A stretch of 64,000 nucleotides of DNA from an uncultured Chitinophagales bacterium (GTDB taxonomy: Bacteria > Bacteroidota > Ignavibacteria > UBA10030 > UBA6906): the NCBI GenBank assembly GCA_964539775.1, contig CAZIKE010000001.1, forward strand, positions 22,013-86,012. The letters are read 5' to 3'. The notes below the pieces were generated by a model. The model was not told the origin of the DNA, searched no databases, and saw nothing but the letters and a program-made list of their open reading frames with translations. The translations under genes were made by a program, and so were the position numbers. The first letter of the stretch is position 1. Every line of letters begins with the position of its first letter. Positions 46,848 through 56,666 of the stretch are shown here, one piece after another.

Positions 46848-47396
46848 ATGATGCGCTCCCGCAATCTGACAATAACGCTCCTTGTGATGGTTGCGTGTAG
46901 TTCTTTCGGCCAAACAGTGACCTCTACTGACGAAGGACACTGGATTGGGCTTGCAGGTGGAGTTATCGGAGGCGAGAGTCGTTTGACGGATCGTTGGACA
47001 GTCAGGGCAACGTACGACTGGCGCTGTGACAAGTTCTGGTCATTACCTTTTGAGGCTTCGGCCTTCAGGAGAGTTTCGACCAGGTCTGATGGAACCCAGT
47101 TGCACAGGCGTGTTTCAAGCATACTTGCTCTGAGTATCGCGTTGAAGGTTCGCTTCCGTTGGGGACGCCCTGGCACAGATCTCTTTGCACAGGCTGGTGT
47201 TGGTGCAGGATCAATGTATCCGGTCATACACTACGCCTACGGTGTCGCATATGCAATCGCCGAAAGGGTCGCTATCACGCTTCAAGTGAGACGCCATACT
47301 GCCAATCTTGAAATAGACAACAATTTTTACACACTTGGTGTGAACGTGAATATCACGCCGGATAGGTTACGTGAAGAGGACCTCAGCGACAAGTGA
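46848..47396 (+). CDS. small outer-membrane beta-barrel protein
   Basis: 182 aa with a signal peptide (LLVMVACSSFGQ) and alternating beta pattern. Confidence 0.6.
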   Translation: MMRSRNLTITLLVMVACSSFGQTVTSTDEGHWIGLAGGVIGGESRLTDRWTVRATYDWRCDKFWSLPFEASAFRRVSTRSDGTQLHRRVSSILALSIALKVRFRWGRPGTDLFAQAGVGAGSMYPVIHYAYGVAYAIAERVAITLQVRRHTANLEIDNNFYTLGVNVNITPDRLREEDLSDK

Positions 47397-47462
47397 GAGG
47401 GAGGGCTCTGTGCGAATCGGTTTTGCATGTTCATTCTGCCGCAGCGACGGGTTGAGCTTAGC

Positions 47463-49319
47463 ATGAGCCGAGGAATCGTTTTATCGTTGTTGATTCTGTT
47501 CATGCATGTGTTCATTGCATCGGTGTACGCACAGGACACGAACGCTCAGTTCCGCCTCGCCCAAAGCTATGAGCAGGGAGGTGATTTCGAGAACGCCGTT
47601 GTGCTCTACCGCGACCTCTACACGCACGAGCCTTCCAACTACATGTACTTCGACGGCTTGCGCCGTTCGCTTCTCCAGCTCAAACGCTACGATGAAGTGA
47701 TCGGGCTGGTTCGTCACCGACTCGCTTCCTCTCCTAACGATGCCAACCTGCTCTGCCTGCTGGGCAGCGCGCTGTACCAGTCGGGAAACGAAAAGGAGGC
47801 CGATGCAGCATGGGAGCAGGCCATTGCCACCGAACCTGCAAACCCAAACGTGTATCGTCTCGTGGCAAACTCGCTCCTCGAAAACCGTCTTCTCGACAAG
47901 ACCGCAGCAGTCTACCGCCGTGCACGCACAGCCTGCAACGACCCGAATCTGTTCACGCTCGATTTGGCACAACTGCTCGCTGTCAGCATGGATTACGGTG
48001 GAGCAACGACCGAGTACCTGCGTTACCTTGCCCAAGCGCCGATGCAGTTGCTGTACGTACAGAACCGCATGGCACAGTTCACCGGCAAAGAAGAAGCGCG
48101 CAATGCTGCTATCAACGCCGTGCGAGAGGCACAGCGTGCGTCCAGGGATGTGAACCTGTATCGTCTGTTAGGCTGGCTGCTCATGGAAGGCAAGCGCTTC
48201 GACGAGGCGTTCGAGGTGCACACAACCATTGACCGCCTCGCGAACGCCAGGGGAGCCGAGCTGTACGCATTCGCGGAGCGCGCGTACAAAGAGGGAGCCT
48301 TCGATGTCGCTGCCCGCGCATACAAGGCAGCCATCGATGCGCCGCTGCCGCCGCAACGGCTTCCGTACGCCAGGTTCGGCTACGCGCTTGCGATGAAGGA
48401 GCTGACGGTACGCGCAGATACGATCCCGGTTTCCCAGCCGTCGGGGGGGACCATTCCGGAAACACAGTCGCGCTACGCCACAGCCATCGATGATTTTCGG
48501 AAGATCGTGGAGGAATATCCCAACACCGAGTTCGCAGCACGCGCGGCATTCCAGATCGGCCTCATCCAGTTCGAGAAGTACTTCGACCTCGATGCTGCAC
48601 TTGCCTCGTTCACGAGCGTGCTGCAGAGCCTCCCTGCCGCCTCCTCGATCCAGCATGACATCGCCATTAAGATCGGCGAAGTACTGACAGCGAAGGGAGA
48701 CACGGCACAAGCGATGCTCTGGTTCCGGAAGGTCGTCGTCGCGCCTACGGCAACACCCGACCAGCAGGATGAAGCGACGTATCGCCTTGCCGAAGTGCTC
48801 TATTTTTGCGGACACTTCGCCGAGGCAATGAGCAGTCTCGAGTCCATCAGCACAAATCTGAAAGCAGACTACGCCAACGATGCCCTGCTGCTGTATGCGT
48901 TCCTGCAGGAAAACACGATGACTGCCCCGGCGCCGTTGAAGGATTTCGCCCGCGCAGATTTCCTCACACGTCAGAAGAAATACTCCGAGGCAATCACGAT
49001 CTTTCAATCGTTGGTGGAAAAGTATCAGCAAGCGTTGTTCGTGGATGACGCGCTGCTGCGGATTGCCTTGCTGCAAACGCTCGCCGGACGCTACGCGGAT
49101 GCACTGCTCACCTATCAACGGCTCTTGCGTCAGTTCAAGGAAAGCAGTATTGCACTGGATAAAGCACAGTTCAACATGGCCGAGTTGTACGACTATCGCC
49201 TGAAGGACAAGACGCAGGCCCTCGCCGCCTACGAGCGCCTGCTTGCCGAATATCCACAGTCGCTGTTCACCGAGCGCGCACGCAGGCGGATCCGTGAACT
49301 GCGCGGAGATTCATTGTAA
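47463..49319 (+). CDS. periplasmic TPR-repeat protein
   Basis: ATG 47463 gives the signal peptide MSRGIVLSLLILFMHVFIASVYAQ. TPR-like helical repeats run throughout, and the C-terminal part resembles YbgF/CpoB-type TPRs. Confidence 0.75.
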   Translation: MSRGIVLSLLILFMHVFIASVYAQDTNAQFRLAQSYEQGGDFENAVVLYRDLYTHEPSNYMYFDGLRRSLLQLKRYDEVIGLVRHRLASSPNDANLLCLLGSALYQSGNEKEADAAWEQAIATEPANPNVYRLVANSLLENRLLDKTAAVYRRARTACNDPNLFTLDLAQLLAVSMDYGGATTEYLRYLAQAPMQLLYVQNRMAQFTGKEEARNAAINAVREAQRASRDVNLYRLLGWLLMEGKRFDEAFEVHTTIDRLANARGAELYAFAERAYKEGAFDVAARAYKAAIDAPLPPQRLPYARFGYALAMKELTVRADTIPVSQPSGGTIPETQSRYATAIDDFRKIVEEYPNTEFAARAAFQIGLIQFEKYFDLDAALASFTSVLQSLPAASSIQHDIAIKIGEVLTAKGDTAQAMLWFRKVVVAPTATPDQQDEATYRLAEVLYFCGHFAEAMSSLESISTNLKADYANDALLLYAFLQENTMTAPAPLKDFARADFLTRQKKYSEAITIFQSLVEKYQQALFVDDALLRIALLQTLAGRYADALLTYQRLLRQFKESSIALDKAQFNMAELYDYRLKDKTQALAAYERLLAEYPQSLFTERARRRIRELRGDSL

Positions 49320-49334
49320 GATGAGGAGGGAGAA

Positions 49335-50630
49335 ATGAGAAAGCTCCAGCAACGGTTCTGTCTCGCCGCCATCGCAGCGGCCGTGCTCTTGCTTGCGAGC
49401 GTTCCGGGAACATACGCGCAGGGAAAGATTCTGATTCCGATGGATCTGACGCAAACCGATCACCTCAAAGCCTACGGCATCGCGTACTGGTCACTCACCA
49501 AAGGCATTGAGATCGATTGGTTGTTGAACTACCGCGGCGGTTCGTTCCTGGTGGACAACCACGAGATCATCGCAGCAGAGTGCCGTATCCGCGGGGTTGC
49601 ATTCACGCAGATCAGCGCCACCGATGCTGCGCAGATTTATGCCGAAGTCCAACGCGAGGACAACAACATGGACGTGATCCGTTTGGAGAAGGCACCGAAA
49701 GTTGCGGTGTACGTTCCTCCGGGCTTCCAGCCGTGGGACGATGCGGTGACGCTGGCGCTGGAGTATGCCGAGATTCATTACGACAAGGTGTGGGATGATG
49801 AGGTGATGGCAGATAAACTTCATGAGTACGACTGGCTCCACCTGCACCACGAGGATTTCACCGGGCAGTACGGCAAGTTCTACGCCTCCTTCGCACAGGC
49901 AAGCTGGTACATCGAACAGCAGGTAATGCTGGAGAGGGAAGCAAAGAAGTTGGGCTTCAAGAAAGTGTCTGAGCTGAAGAAGGCAGTTGCACGGAAGATC
50001 AAAGAATACATTGCGAGCGGCGGATTCATGTTCGCCATGTGCTCGGCCACGGACACGTACGACATCGCCCTTGCTGCGGAGAACACCGACATCTGCGACG
50101 TGATGTACGACGGCGATCCACCCGACCGCGATGCGCAGCAGCGGCTCGACTATTCCAAAACTCTTGCATTTACCAACTTCACGCTCGAGCGGAATCCGCT
50201 CCGCTACGAGTACTCGGACATCGATCAGCCGCCGAGCGATTTGTTGGGCTTGCAGAATCCGGAAACGGACTACTTCACGCTCTTCGAATTCTCCGCCAAG
50301 TTCGACCCGGTACCCACGATGCTGACGCAAAACCACGTGAACGTCATCAAAGGATTCCTCGGCCAGACGACGAATTTCAAGAAGAGTCTTATCAAGAACA
50401 CGGTCACGATTCTTGCAGAGAAGGAGGGAGTGGATCAGGTGCGGTATCTGCACGGCAATTACGGACGCGGAACCTTCACTTTCTACGGCGGTCACGACCC
50501 CGAGGATTACCAGCACGCCGTCGGCGACCCACCCACCGATCTTTCGTTGCACAAGAATTCGCCGGGCTACCGACTCATTCTTAACAACATTCTCTTTCCC
50601 GCTGCGAAGAAGAAGCAGCAGAAGACATGA
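49335..50630 (+). CDS. secreted protein of unknown function, GATase1/DUF4159-like signature
   Basis: 431 aa with a signal peptide. It begins ..GKILIPMDLTQTDHLKAYGIAYWSL.. and contains YDWLHLHHEDF...IKEYIASGGFMFAMCSATD. From memory, homologues in Bacteroidota are often labelled 'asparagine synthetase B', probably wrongly. Confidence 0.6.
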   Translation: MRKLQQRFCLAAIAAAVLLLASVPGTYAQGKILIPMDLTQTDHLKAYGIAYWSLTKGIEIDWLLNYRGGSFLVDNHEIIAAECRIRGVAFTQISATDAAQIYAEVQREDNNMDVIRLEKAPKVAVYVPPGFQPWDDAVTLALEYAEIHYDKVWDDEVMADKLHEYDWLHLHHEDFTGQYGKFYASFAQASWYIEQQVMLEREAKKLGFKKVSELKKAVARKIKEYIASGGFMFAMCSATDTYDIALAAENTDICDVMYDGDPPDRDAQQRLDYSKTLAFTNFTLERNPLRYEYSDIDQPPSDLLGLQNPETDYFTLFEFSAKFDPVPTMLTQNHVNVIKGFLGQTTNFKKSLIKNTVTILAEKEGVDQVRYLHGNYGRGTFTFYGGHDPEDYQHAVGDPPTDLSLHKNSPGYRLILNNILFPAAKKKQQKT

Positions 50631-50714
50631 AGATGGGGGTGAACCAACAACTCCCCTTTTCGTATACCGAAGCGACTGCCACAGCACAAACCATCAAATC
50701 AACAAGGAGACACC

Positions 50715-51332
50715 ATGAAAAAACTCATATTCCTCGCCGCAACACTGCTGGTCCTTTCGCCCGTGTCACACGCCGCAAGTCCCGTGCGGTTCGGCGTCCA
50801 GGCGACCGCGGCAAACGTCAACGTCCCAAAGCCGCTCAATGAGATCTATGGATTCGGCTACGGGGGTGGAGTCCATCTCGATTTCAATCTTCCGGTTCTT
50901 TTGTCGTTCAGGCTCCAGGGCGACTATGTTCGCTTCTCCCCCGATCAGGGGAAGTACCAGCAGTTGCTGGCATCCTTGGTGGGTGGGACGGTCGCAAGTG
51001 ATTTTTCCATTGACGGGGGAGCGATCAGCCTCTGGTCGGTGTATGCCAACGTGAAGTCAAGCTTCCTGCCGCTTCCGCTGATCTCTCCGTACATAACGGG
51101 CGGAGCCGGTGTTGCCAACCTCAGCTCTTCGGACGCAACGATAAAATATCAGGGACAAACCGTTACGGGCGTTCCGGGTGTGGCCGGTGAAACAAAATTC
51201 TCTGCCAACCTCGGAGTGGGCGTTGATGTGAAGGTAGGCGTGGAGCTGTACGTGGAGGCCCGCTACACGTGGATCTTTACGTCGGGAGAGACGAGCACCT
51301 ACGTTCCCGTCTCCATCGGAATCACGCTCTAA
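50715..51332 (+). CDS. small outer-membrane beta-barrel protein
   Basis: 205 aa with a signal peptide (LLVLSPVSHA), an OmpA-beta-barrel-like strand pattern, and the end ..YVPVSIGITL. Confidence 0.65.
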   Translation: MKKLIFLAATLLVLSPVSHAASPVRFGVQATAANVNVPKPLNEIYGFGYGGGVHLDFNLPVLLSFRLQGDYVRFSPDQGKYQQLLASLVGGTVASDFSIDGGAISLWSVYANVKSSFLPLPLISPYITGGAGVANLSSSDATIKYQGQTVTGVPGVAGETKFSANLGVGVDVKVGVELYVEARYTWIFTSGETSTYVPVSIGITL

Positions 51333-51342
51333 CAGCACAGTG

Positions 51343-51371
51343 CCTCGGGGCGTGTACGCCGCGTCCCGAGG
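51343..51371. terminator. GC-rich hairpin between convergent genes (no U-tract)
   Basis: CCTCGGGGCG..CGCGTCCCGAGG forms a stem of about 10-12 bp between the stops at 51332 and 51378. Confidence 0.35.
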
Positions 51372-51377
51372 AGAACT

Positions 51378-54300
51378 TCACCTCTCTGGCTGCAACTTCT
51401 CCAGCGCCTCGTAGTATCGCTTGATCAGCTCTTGATAATCTCGTGCGTATCCTTCCTCCATCGCTTTCTGTAGGTCCTGCTGGAGTCGGTTTCGTCCTTC
51501 CTGCGTACTGAGGTCAATCTCCCCCGGACTTTTGCGCGCGACGTTCACGCCGGTCTCTGCCCGGCGCTTCTTCTCGAAGTCCCGCTCGCGCGCCGAGCGC
51601 TGCGAGTCGAGCAAGCGGGAGAGAATCCGCTCCTGTTTTTTTAAGGTCTCCGGATTGACGTTGCCTTGCGCAAGATCGGTTTGTACTTCGCGCATCTCCT
51701 GAGCGATCTTGTTCAGGTCGCCCAACATTTTGCTCAGCTCACCGGTCTGCGCTGCCTCCTTTGCCAACTGCTCAAGCGACTTGCGCACCATCCCTTGCTC
51801 GGCGGCGAGGCGGCCAAGTTCGGCGAGCTGTTGCTGCGACATCCCTTGCAGGTTCTGCGTTCCCTGGTTGATGCCCTGTTGCTGACCCGTGAGTTGTTGC
51901 AGCCGCTGCATGAAGCCCGCCATCCCCATGCCCATGCCCTGTCCTTGCATCATTCCCTGCATCGCACTTTGCAGCAGTTGCGACGCTTCGTTGAGCGAAC
52001 CCATCGCGCCCTGCTGCTGCCCGCCGGCTTGCTGGCCGTTGCGTTGGTCCAGCGACTGCATGGCCTGGCTCATCTGCCGCATCGCATCCCCGATGGCTTT
52101 GCCCATCTCCGGCGTGATGGCAAAGGTCTTCTGTGAAAGCTTGGAAAGCCCCTGCGTTACATTCGCAAGGTCGCGCAGAATGTCCATCTGCGCCTGCGCG
52201 TTGTCGCGGAACTGCTGCGAGTTCGGCTCCAACTGCCGTGACTGGTTCTTCAGCGCTTCCTGCCGCTTCGAGAGGTTCAGCAAGTCCTGCAATGCGCGGC
52301 GCATCTCGTTGACGATCTGTCGCTGCTGGTTTTCGCGCATCGCTTGTTTCATCTGCTGCATGCGCTGCATGAAGCTCCCCATTTTCTGCATGGCGCTCCG
52401 CTGGTTCTGCATCGCCGACTGCATGTGCTGCTGCTGCAACTGCCGGGTAATCTCCTCCATCTGCCTTTCCAGGTCAGCCCGATCCAGCTCACTCCGTGCT
52501 TCCTGCATCTCGTTCAGCGGCATCTCGGTGGGGAACTCCTCCATCTTCTTTTGAAGCTCTGCGAGTTCTTTCTGCAGTTGCTCGAGTTGTTCCTTCAAGT
52601 CCTTCTGTTGTTGTGCAAGCTCGTTGAGCTTATCCTTATCGGAAGGGTTGGTCTGTTCCGTCTGTTTCTGTAGCTCTTCCTGTTTCTTCACCATCTCCTC
52701 GGTGCGTTTCACCATCTCATCCACTTTCTGCTCGATCTGAATGCGTTTTAGCAGGTTCATCGTCCGCTCGATGCTCTTGCGGAAGTTCTCCTCGTTGAAC
52801 TGGAACTGCTGCATCGCTTGCCGCATCATCTCGGGATTCAGTTGCATCATGGCCTGCTGCATTTTCTTCATCGCCTCGGCAAGCTCCGGCGAGTTCATTT
52901 CTTCCATCAAACGCTGCAGTTCCTGGTACTTCTCCAGCGTTTCCTGCGAGAGCGTTTCGTTCTTCTCCATCTTCTTGACCATGTCATCAATGGTCTTGTT
53001 CACTTCCTCCATCTTCTTCTGGATCTCTTCATACTTCTTCAGCATTTCCTCGGCTTTCTTCTGCTGCTGCCAGTCCATTTTCTGCTGGTTCTTCTTCATC
53101 TCCTGCTGAAGTTCTTCCAAGTCCTTGCGCGCCTGCTCGGCTTGCTTCAACGCTTCCTTCATGCCTTCGAGACTCACCTCGTGCGCCTTGTTCACGTCGG
53201 CGAACACTTCTTCGAGCGAAGGAAGACGCAGCATGTACGTTTCGCTCCGCCCTGATTTCGGACCACTCACATCATCGTTGTCAAACACTTCGAGGTAGTA
53301 ACTGACGACATCTTCGGGGACGAGCGAAAGCTCCTTCAAGCTCCAGAGATGGGCGATATCCAGCTCGTTTGCTGCAACGGAGGGAAGTGGCACGTTCACA
53401 AAGCGGAAATCGGGCCACGGCTGTTCGTAGCGCGAGTGAATAAGCCGATACGCCAGCCGCAGGGAGGTGAACCCGTAGTCATCCGTGATGCGATAGAGCA
53501 TGTTGAGCTGCGTGTTCTCGGCAATGTCGATGTTCATACCCGGAAAAACGATCTTCGCCGTCGGGTACGAGTCAGGAACGATCTTGAGCGAGTACTCGAT
53601 GGGATCGGTGCTCGGAATGCCCTCCTCATCTCTCAGATGGATGGTGTAGCGTCGCTCCTTCATTAGCGTCATGAGACCCGTCGCTGTGCTGCCATGAGCG
53701 GTGAGTTGCATGGAAGTGGAATCGCTGAACAGGAGCCGCGCTTCGGCGAGAGCTTTGTTCGACTCGATGCGCAGCGAAATCCGTGTGCCCCGCAACGCCG
53801 TCACATCACCGACATTGTCATCAAGCTGGCGCGTGGGCAGCTTTGCGTACGCGGGAAAATTCAACGTCACGCGAAGCATCTTGACCATCGGCCTGTCAAT
53901 GACGGTCAGGGTGTAAACGTCGCTGCCGACGTTTTGTGCTCTTACGAAGTACGAGACTGTTGATTTGAGGGACGAAAACTCGTGCGTGAACAGCCCCGCC
54001 GTGTTCGGCGTGAGGAGACGCTCTTCGAACTGAACCTGGCCTTCGGGTCTACTCAGCAGCAAGAGCTGCTTGGGAAGCTTCTCCGACGACGTGCTGCCCG
54101 TGGTCGACTCCGGCTCCACACGTACTGTGACTGCGACCGAAGCCCCCTTCACCACCTCGATGTTCCCCGGCTCAACAACCAGACGGAACGGCAACGGTGG
54201 AGCAAACGATTCGTCGTAATGCCACAGCCGATTTGCTGCACTAAAGAAGCCGGTGGGTGAGAGAAGTGGAAGCACAATCGCCGCAGCGAGCACAACGCCC

Positions 54301-54797
54301 AGTGCCTTCGCCATCCTTCTTGCGGGAACAAAGGTGACTGCTTGCGCGAAATCGAGCGGCTCGATTTCTTTCCGGACATCTTCGAACGAGGCATCGATGA
54401 GTGCGGGCGAGTAGAGGTGCGTATGCTGCCGCTCGTTGTAGAGCTGAAGAATGTTGACGAGATGATCGTTGATGCCGGGAAATCTCCTGCCGACCTTTGC
54501 CGCCGTTTGCATGTCGCTCTCCTGAGGCAGCACGCGGAGAAGCTTCAGCAGAGGACGCAGCACAAACCATGTGATCAGTCCGATCGCCCCCGCGACTATG
54601 AGCCAAAAGAGAACCGTGCGTGCAACAACTGGAAAAGAGAACACCTGTTCCGCCAGCACCGTGATGAGCACGGCACCGACGATGACCGATGCAGCAAACA
54701 GCAAACCGTATAAAAGGGAGGAAAGGTTTTCCCTTTTCCTCACCACGGCAAGCCGATGAACAAGCTCGCTGAATATCCTCGGGGTTTCTTCGCTCAT
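51378..54797 (-). CDS. DUF4175-like membrane protein with giant Q/M/E/K-rich coiled-coil
   Basis: 1139 aa. Two N-terminal TM helices (..LLFAASVIVGAVLITVLAEQVF.., ..LFWLIVAGAIGLITWFVL..), a beta-rich middle, then ~550 aa of low-complexity coiled coil (..QGMMQGQGMGMGMAGFMQRLQQLTGQQQG..). Family call from memory. Confidence 0.7.
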   Translation of the reverse strand: MSEETPRIFSELVHRLAVVRKRENLSSLLYGLLFAASVIVGAVLITVLAEQVFSFPVVARTVLFWLIVAGAIGLITWFVLRPLLKLLRVLPQESDMQTAAKVGRRFPGINDHLVNILQLYNERQHTHLYSPALIDASFEDVRKEIEPLDFAQAVTFVPARRMAKALGVVLAAAIVLPLLSPTGFFSAANRLWHYDESFAPPLPFRLVVEPGNIEVVKGASVAVTVRVEPESTTGSTSSEKLPKQLLLLSRPEGQVQFEERLLTPNTAGLFTHEFSSLKSTVSYFVRAQNVGSDVYTLTVIDRPMVKMLRVTLNFPAYAKLPTRQLDDNVGDVTALRGTRISLRIESNKALAEARLLFSDSTSMQLTAHGSTATGLMTLMKERRYTIHLRDEEGIPSTDPIEYSLKIVPDSYPTAKIVFPGMNIDIAENTQLNMLYRITDDYGFTSLRLAYRLIHSRYEQPWPDFRFVNVPLPSVAANELDIAHLWSLKELSLVPEDVVSYYLEVFDNDDVSGPKSGRSETYMLRLPSLEEVFADVNKAHEVSLEGMKEALKQAEQARKDLEELQQEMKKNQQKMDWQQQKKAEEMLKKYEEIQKKMEEVNKTIDDMVKKMEKNETLSQETLEKYQELQRLMEEMNSPELAEAMKKMQQAMMQLNPEMMRQAMQQFQFNEENFRKSIERTMNLLKRIQIEQKVDEMVKRTEEMVKKQEELQKQTEQTNPSDKDKLNELAQQQKDLKEQLEQLQKELAELQKKMEEFPTEMPLNEMQEARSELDRADLERQMEEITRQLQQQHMQSAMQNQRSAMQKMGSFMQRMQQMKQAMRENQQRQIVNEMRRALQDLLNLSKRQEALKNQSRQLEPNSQQFRDNAQAQMDILRDLANVTQGLSKLSQKTFAITPEMGKAIGDAMRQMSQAMQSLDQRNGQQAGGQQQGAMGSLNEASQLLQSAMQGMMQGQGMGMGMAGFMQRLQQLTGQQQGINQGTQNLQGMSQQQLAELGRLAAEQGMVRKSLEQLAKEAAQTGELSKMLGDLNKIAQEMREVQTDLAQGNVNPETLKKQERILSRLLDSQRSARERDFEKKRRAETGVNVARKSPGEIDLSTQEGRNRLQQDLQKAMEEGYARDYQELIKRYYEALEKLQPER

Positions 54798-54856
54798 AGG
54801 GTCTTCCCTACTCCAGACAAGACGCGATGTTTTCCGGCGTGCTAAACGTAATGACT

Positions 54857-55027
54857 GATGTTACGCAAACTAAGTCATGGAACCCTTTCAGGGTTCAAAC
54901 AAAAACTCGATTGCCAGCTTTTTACGCCGAAGGCCTTACATACTACAGGTCGGGGCAACGCCTCGACACAGAAAACAATTCAACATCGAACCCTGAAAGG
55001 GTTCAATAATTTCTTTTGCGTAACATC
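54857..55027. repeat. 171-bp AT-rich nested inverted-repeat element
   Basis: Outer 13-bp inverted repeat GATGTTACGCAAA (54857..54869) / TTTGCGTAACATC (55015..55027). Exactly 10 nt inside each arm lies a 17-bp palindrome: GAACCCTTTCAGGGTTC (54880..54896) and GAACCCTGAAAGGGTTC (54988..55004). There is also a central hairpin at 54949..54967. Confidence 0.8.
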
Positions 55028-55070
55028 GCTTAATAATAAATAGGCATTTACTTGAAGAGTCGCAACCAAT

Positions 55071-56609
55071 CTACTCCCGCTCCCAATACAGTCCGGCGCC
55101 CGGCCCGATGGGAATATCAAGACTCATCCAGAGCACCAGGAAGAGCGACCAGCCGATGAGAAAGACAATGCTGTATGGTAGCATTGTTGCAATGATGGTT
55201 CCGATCCCCGCGTCCTTCATATACTTCTGCGCGAACGCGATGATGAGAGCGAAGTACGACATCATCGGCGTCACCACGTTGGTAACCGAGTCGCCGATAC
55301 GATAGGCCGCCTGTGTCAGCTCCGGCGTGAAGCCCAACAGCATGAACATCGGGACGAAGATGGGGGCCATGACAGCCCACTTTGCCGATGAGCTTCCCAT
55401 GAAGAGATTCATTCCCGCCGCAACAAGAATGAAGCAGAGGATCAGCGGGATTCCCGTAAGCCCGATGGATTGCAGCACCTCGGCTCCTTTGATCGCCGTA
55501 ATGAGTCCGAGGTTAGTCCAGGAAAAATAGGCCACGAACTGCGAGGCGAAGAAAACCAAGACAATATACACGCCGAGGCTGCTCATGGATTTTCCCATCG
55601 CGTTGATCACTGCTGTGTCGTTGCGCAGCGAGCGCGTGGCAACGCCGTAAGCAACACCGGGCAAGAGGAACACCAGGAAGATGATAGCGACGATGCCGTT
55701 GAGAAAAGGAGAGTTAAGGAGGTCACCCGTTTCCGGATTGCGCAGCAGAGCGCCTTCGGGAATGGTTGCGAGGGCGAGCACTCCGGCAAACAGGAGTGCA
55801 ACAAGCGCGGCAAGCCTCAGTCCGCGTCGTTCTTCCGGCTTCAAGCGTTCCAACGCGAGGCTCTTCTCCTCGCCTATGTATTGTCCTAATCGCGGTTCCA
55901 CGATTTTCTCCGTCACAAACGTTCCAAGGAGCGTCAAGAGAAAAGTGGATGCTGCCATGAAATAGTAGTTCGCTGCTGGGTTAACAGTGTAGCTTGGCTC
56001 TATGATGCGAGCCATTTCCTGGGTAATGCCTGCAAGCAAAGGATCAACAGTTCCCAACACGAGGTTTGCGCTGTAGCCCCCGGAGACACCGGCGAACGCT
56101 GCGGCCAATCCCGCCAGGGGGTGCCGACCGAACGCGTGAAAAATAATCGCACCCAGCGGAATGAGAATGACATATCCCGCCTCCGAGGCTGCGTTGGAAA
56201 GCACGCCGGCAAAGACGACCACAAGCGTGATAAGTCTGCGCGGCGCGGCCAGCACCAGTGCGCGCAGCGCGGCGGTAAGGAGCCCCGAGCCTTCCGCAAC
56301 GCCGACGCCCAGCATGGCCACCAATACCGTTCCCAGCGGAACAAATGCCGTGAAGTTTGTCACCATACTTGTCAGCATGCGCCGGACACCATCGCCGTTC
56401 AGCAAGCTCACCGGTACAATCTCTTTGCCGGTGCTGGGGTGCAATGCCGTAAAATCCACCGAGCCGACAATCGCCGAGCCGACCACTACCGAGGCAGCAA
56501 ACAGCGCGAACAGCGTCGCCGGGTGTGGCAAGGCATTGCCTGCCGCCTCGATGAGGTCGAGCATCCGATACAAAAAATTCTTCTGCGGTGCGGTGCCTTT
56601 TGCCGCCAT
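55071..56609 (-). CDS. AbgT-family transporter (p-aminobenzoyl-glutamate transporter family)
   Basis: 512 aa, polytopic. The N-terminus ..[27 protein letters not shown].. is typical of AbgT/MtrF. Confidence 0.88.
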   Translation of the reverse strand: MAAKGTAPQKNFLYRMLDLIEAAGNALPHPATLFALFAASVVVGSAIVGSVDFTALHPSTGKEIVPVSLLNGDGVRRMLTSMVTNFTAFVPLGTVLVAMLGVGVAEGSGLLTAALRALVLAAPRRLITLVVVFAGVLSNAASEAGYVILIPLGAIIFHAFGRHPLAGLAAAFAGVSGGYSANLVLGTVDPLLAGITQEMARIIEPSYTVNPAANYYFMAASTFLLTLLGTFVTEKIVEPRLGQYIGEEKSLALERLKPEERRGLRLAALVALLFAGVLALATIPEGALLRNPETGDLLNSPFLNGIVAIIFLVFLLPGVAYGVATRSLRNDTAVINAMGKSMSSLGVYIVLVFFASQFVAYFSWTNLGLITAIKGAEVLQSIGLTGIPLILCFILVAAGMNLFMGSSSAKWAVMAPIFVPMFMLLGFTPELTQAAYRIGDSVTNVVTPMMSYFALIIAFAQKYMKDAGIGTIIATMLPYSIVFLIGWSLFLVLWMSLDIPIGPGAGLYWERE

Positions 56610-56666
56610 GGTGGTCTCCTGTGCTACGGTGGTAGTGGATGGTGAGGCGCAACGACGATGGGCGTC

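Noticed and set aside
49491-50687. 398-aa minus-strand ORF
   Set aside because: It is antisense to the 49335..50630 gene. The sense-strand product has a signal peptide and conserved-looking motifs, and the antisense one does not.
54857-55027. Interpretation of the IR element as a bona fide MITE
   Set aside because: I could not find a target-site duplication flanking the 13-bp termini, and only one copy is visible in this window. It is kept as one hypothesis but not called as a mobile element.
54827-55043. Two ~60-aa plus-strand ORFs inside the AT-rich inverted-repeat element
   Set aside because: There is no SD, the codon composition is atypical (AT-rich), and the ORFs are a by-product of the palindromic sequence.
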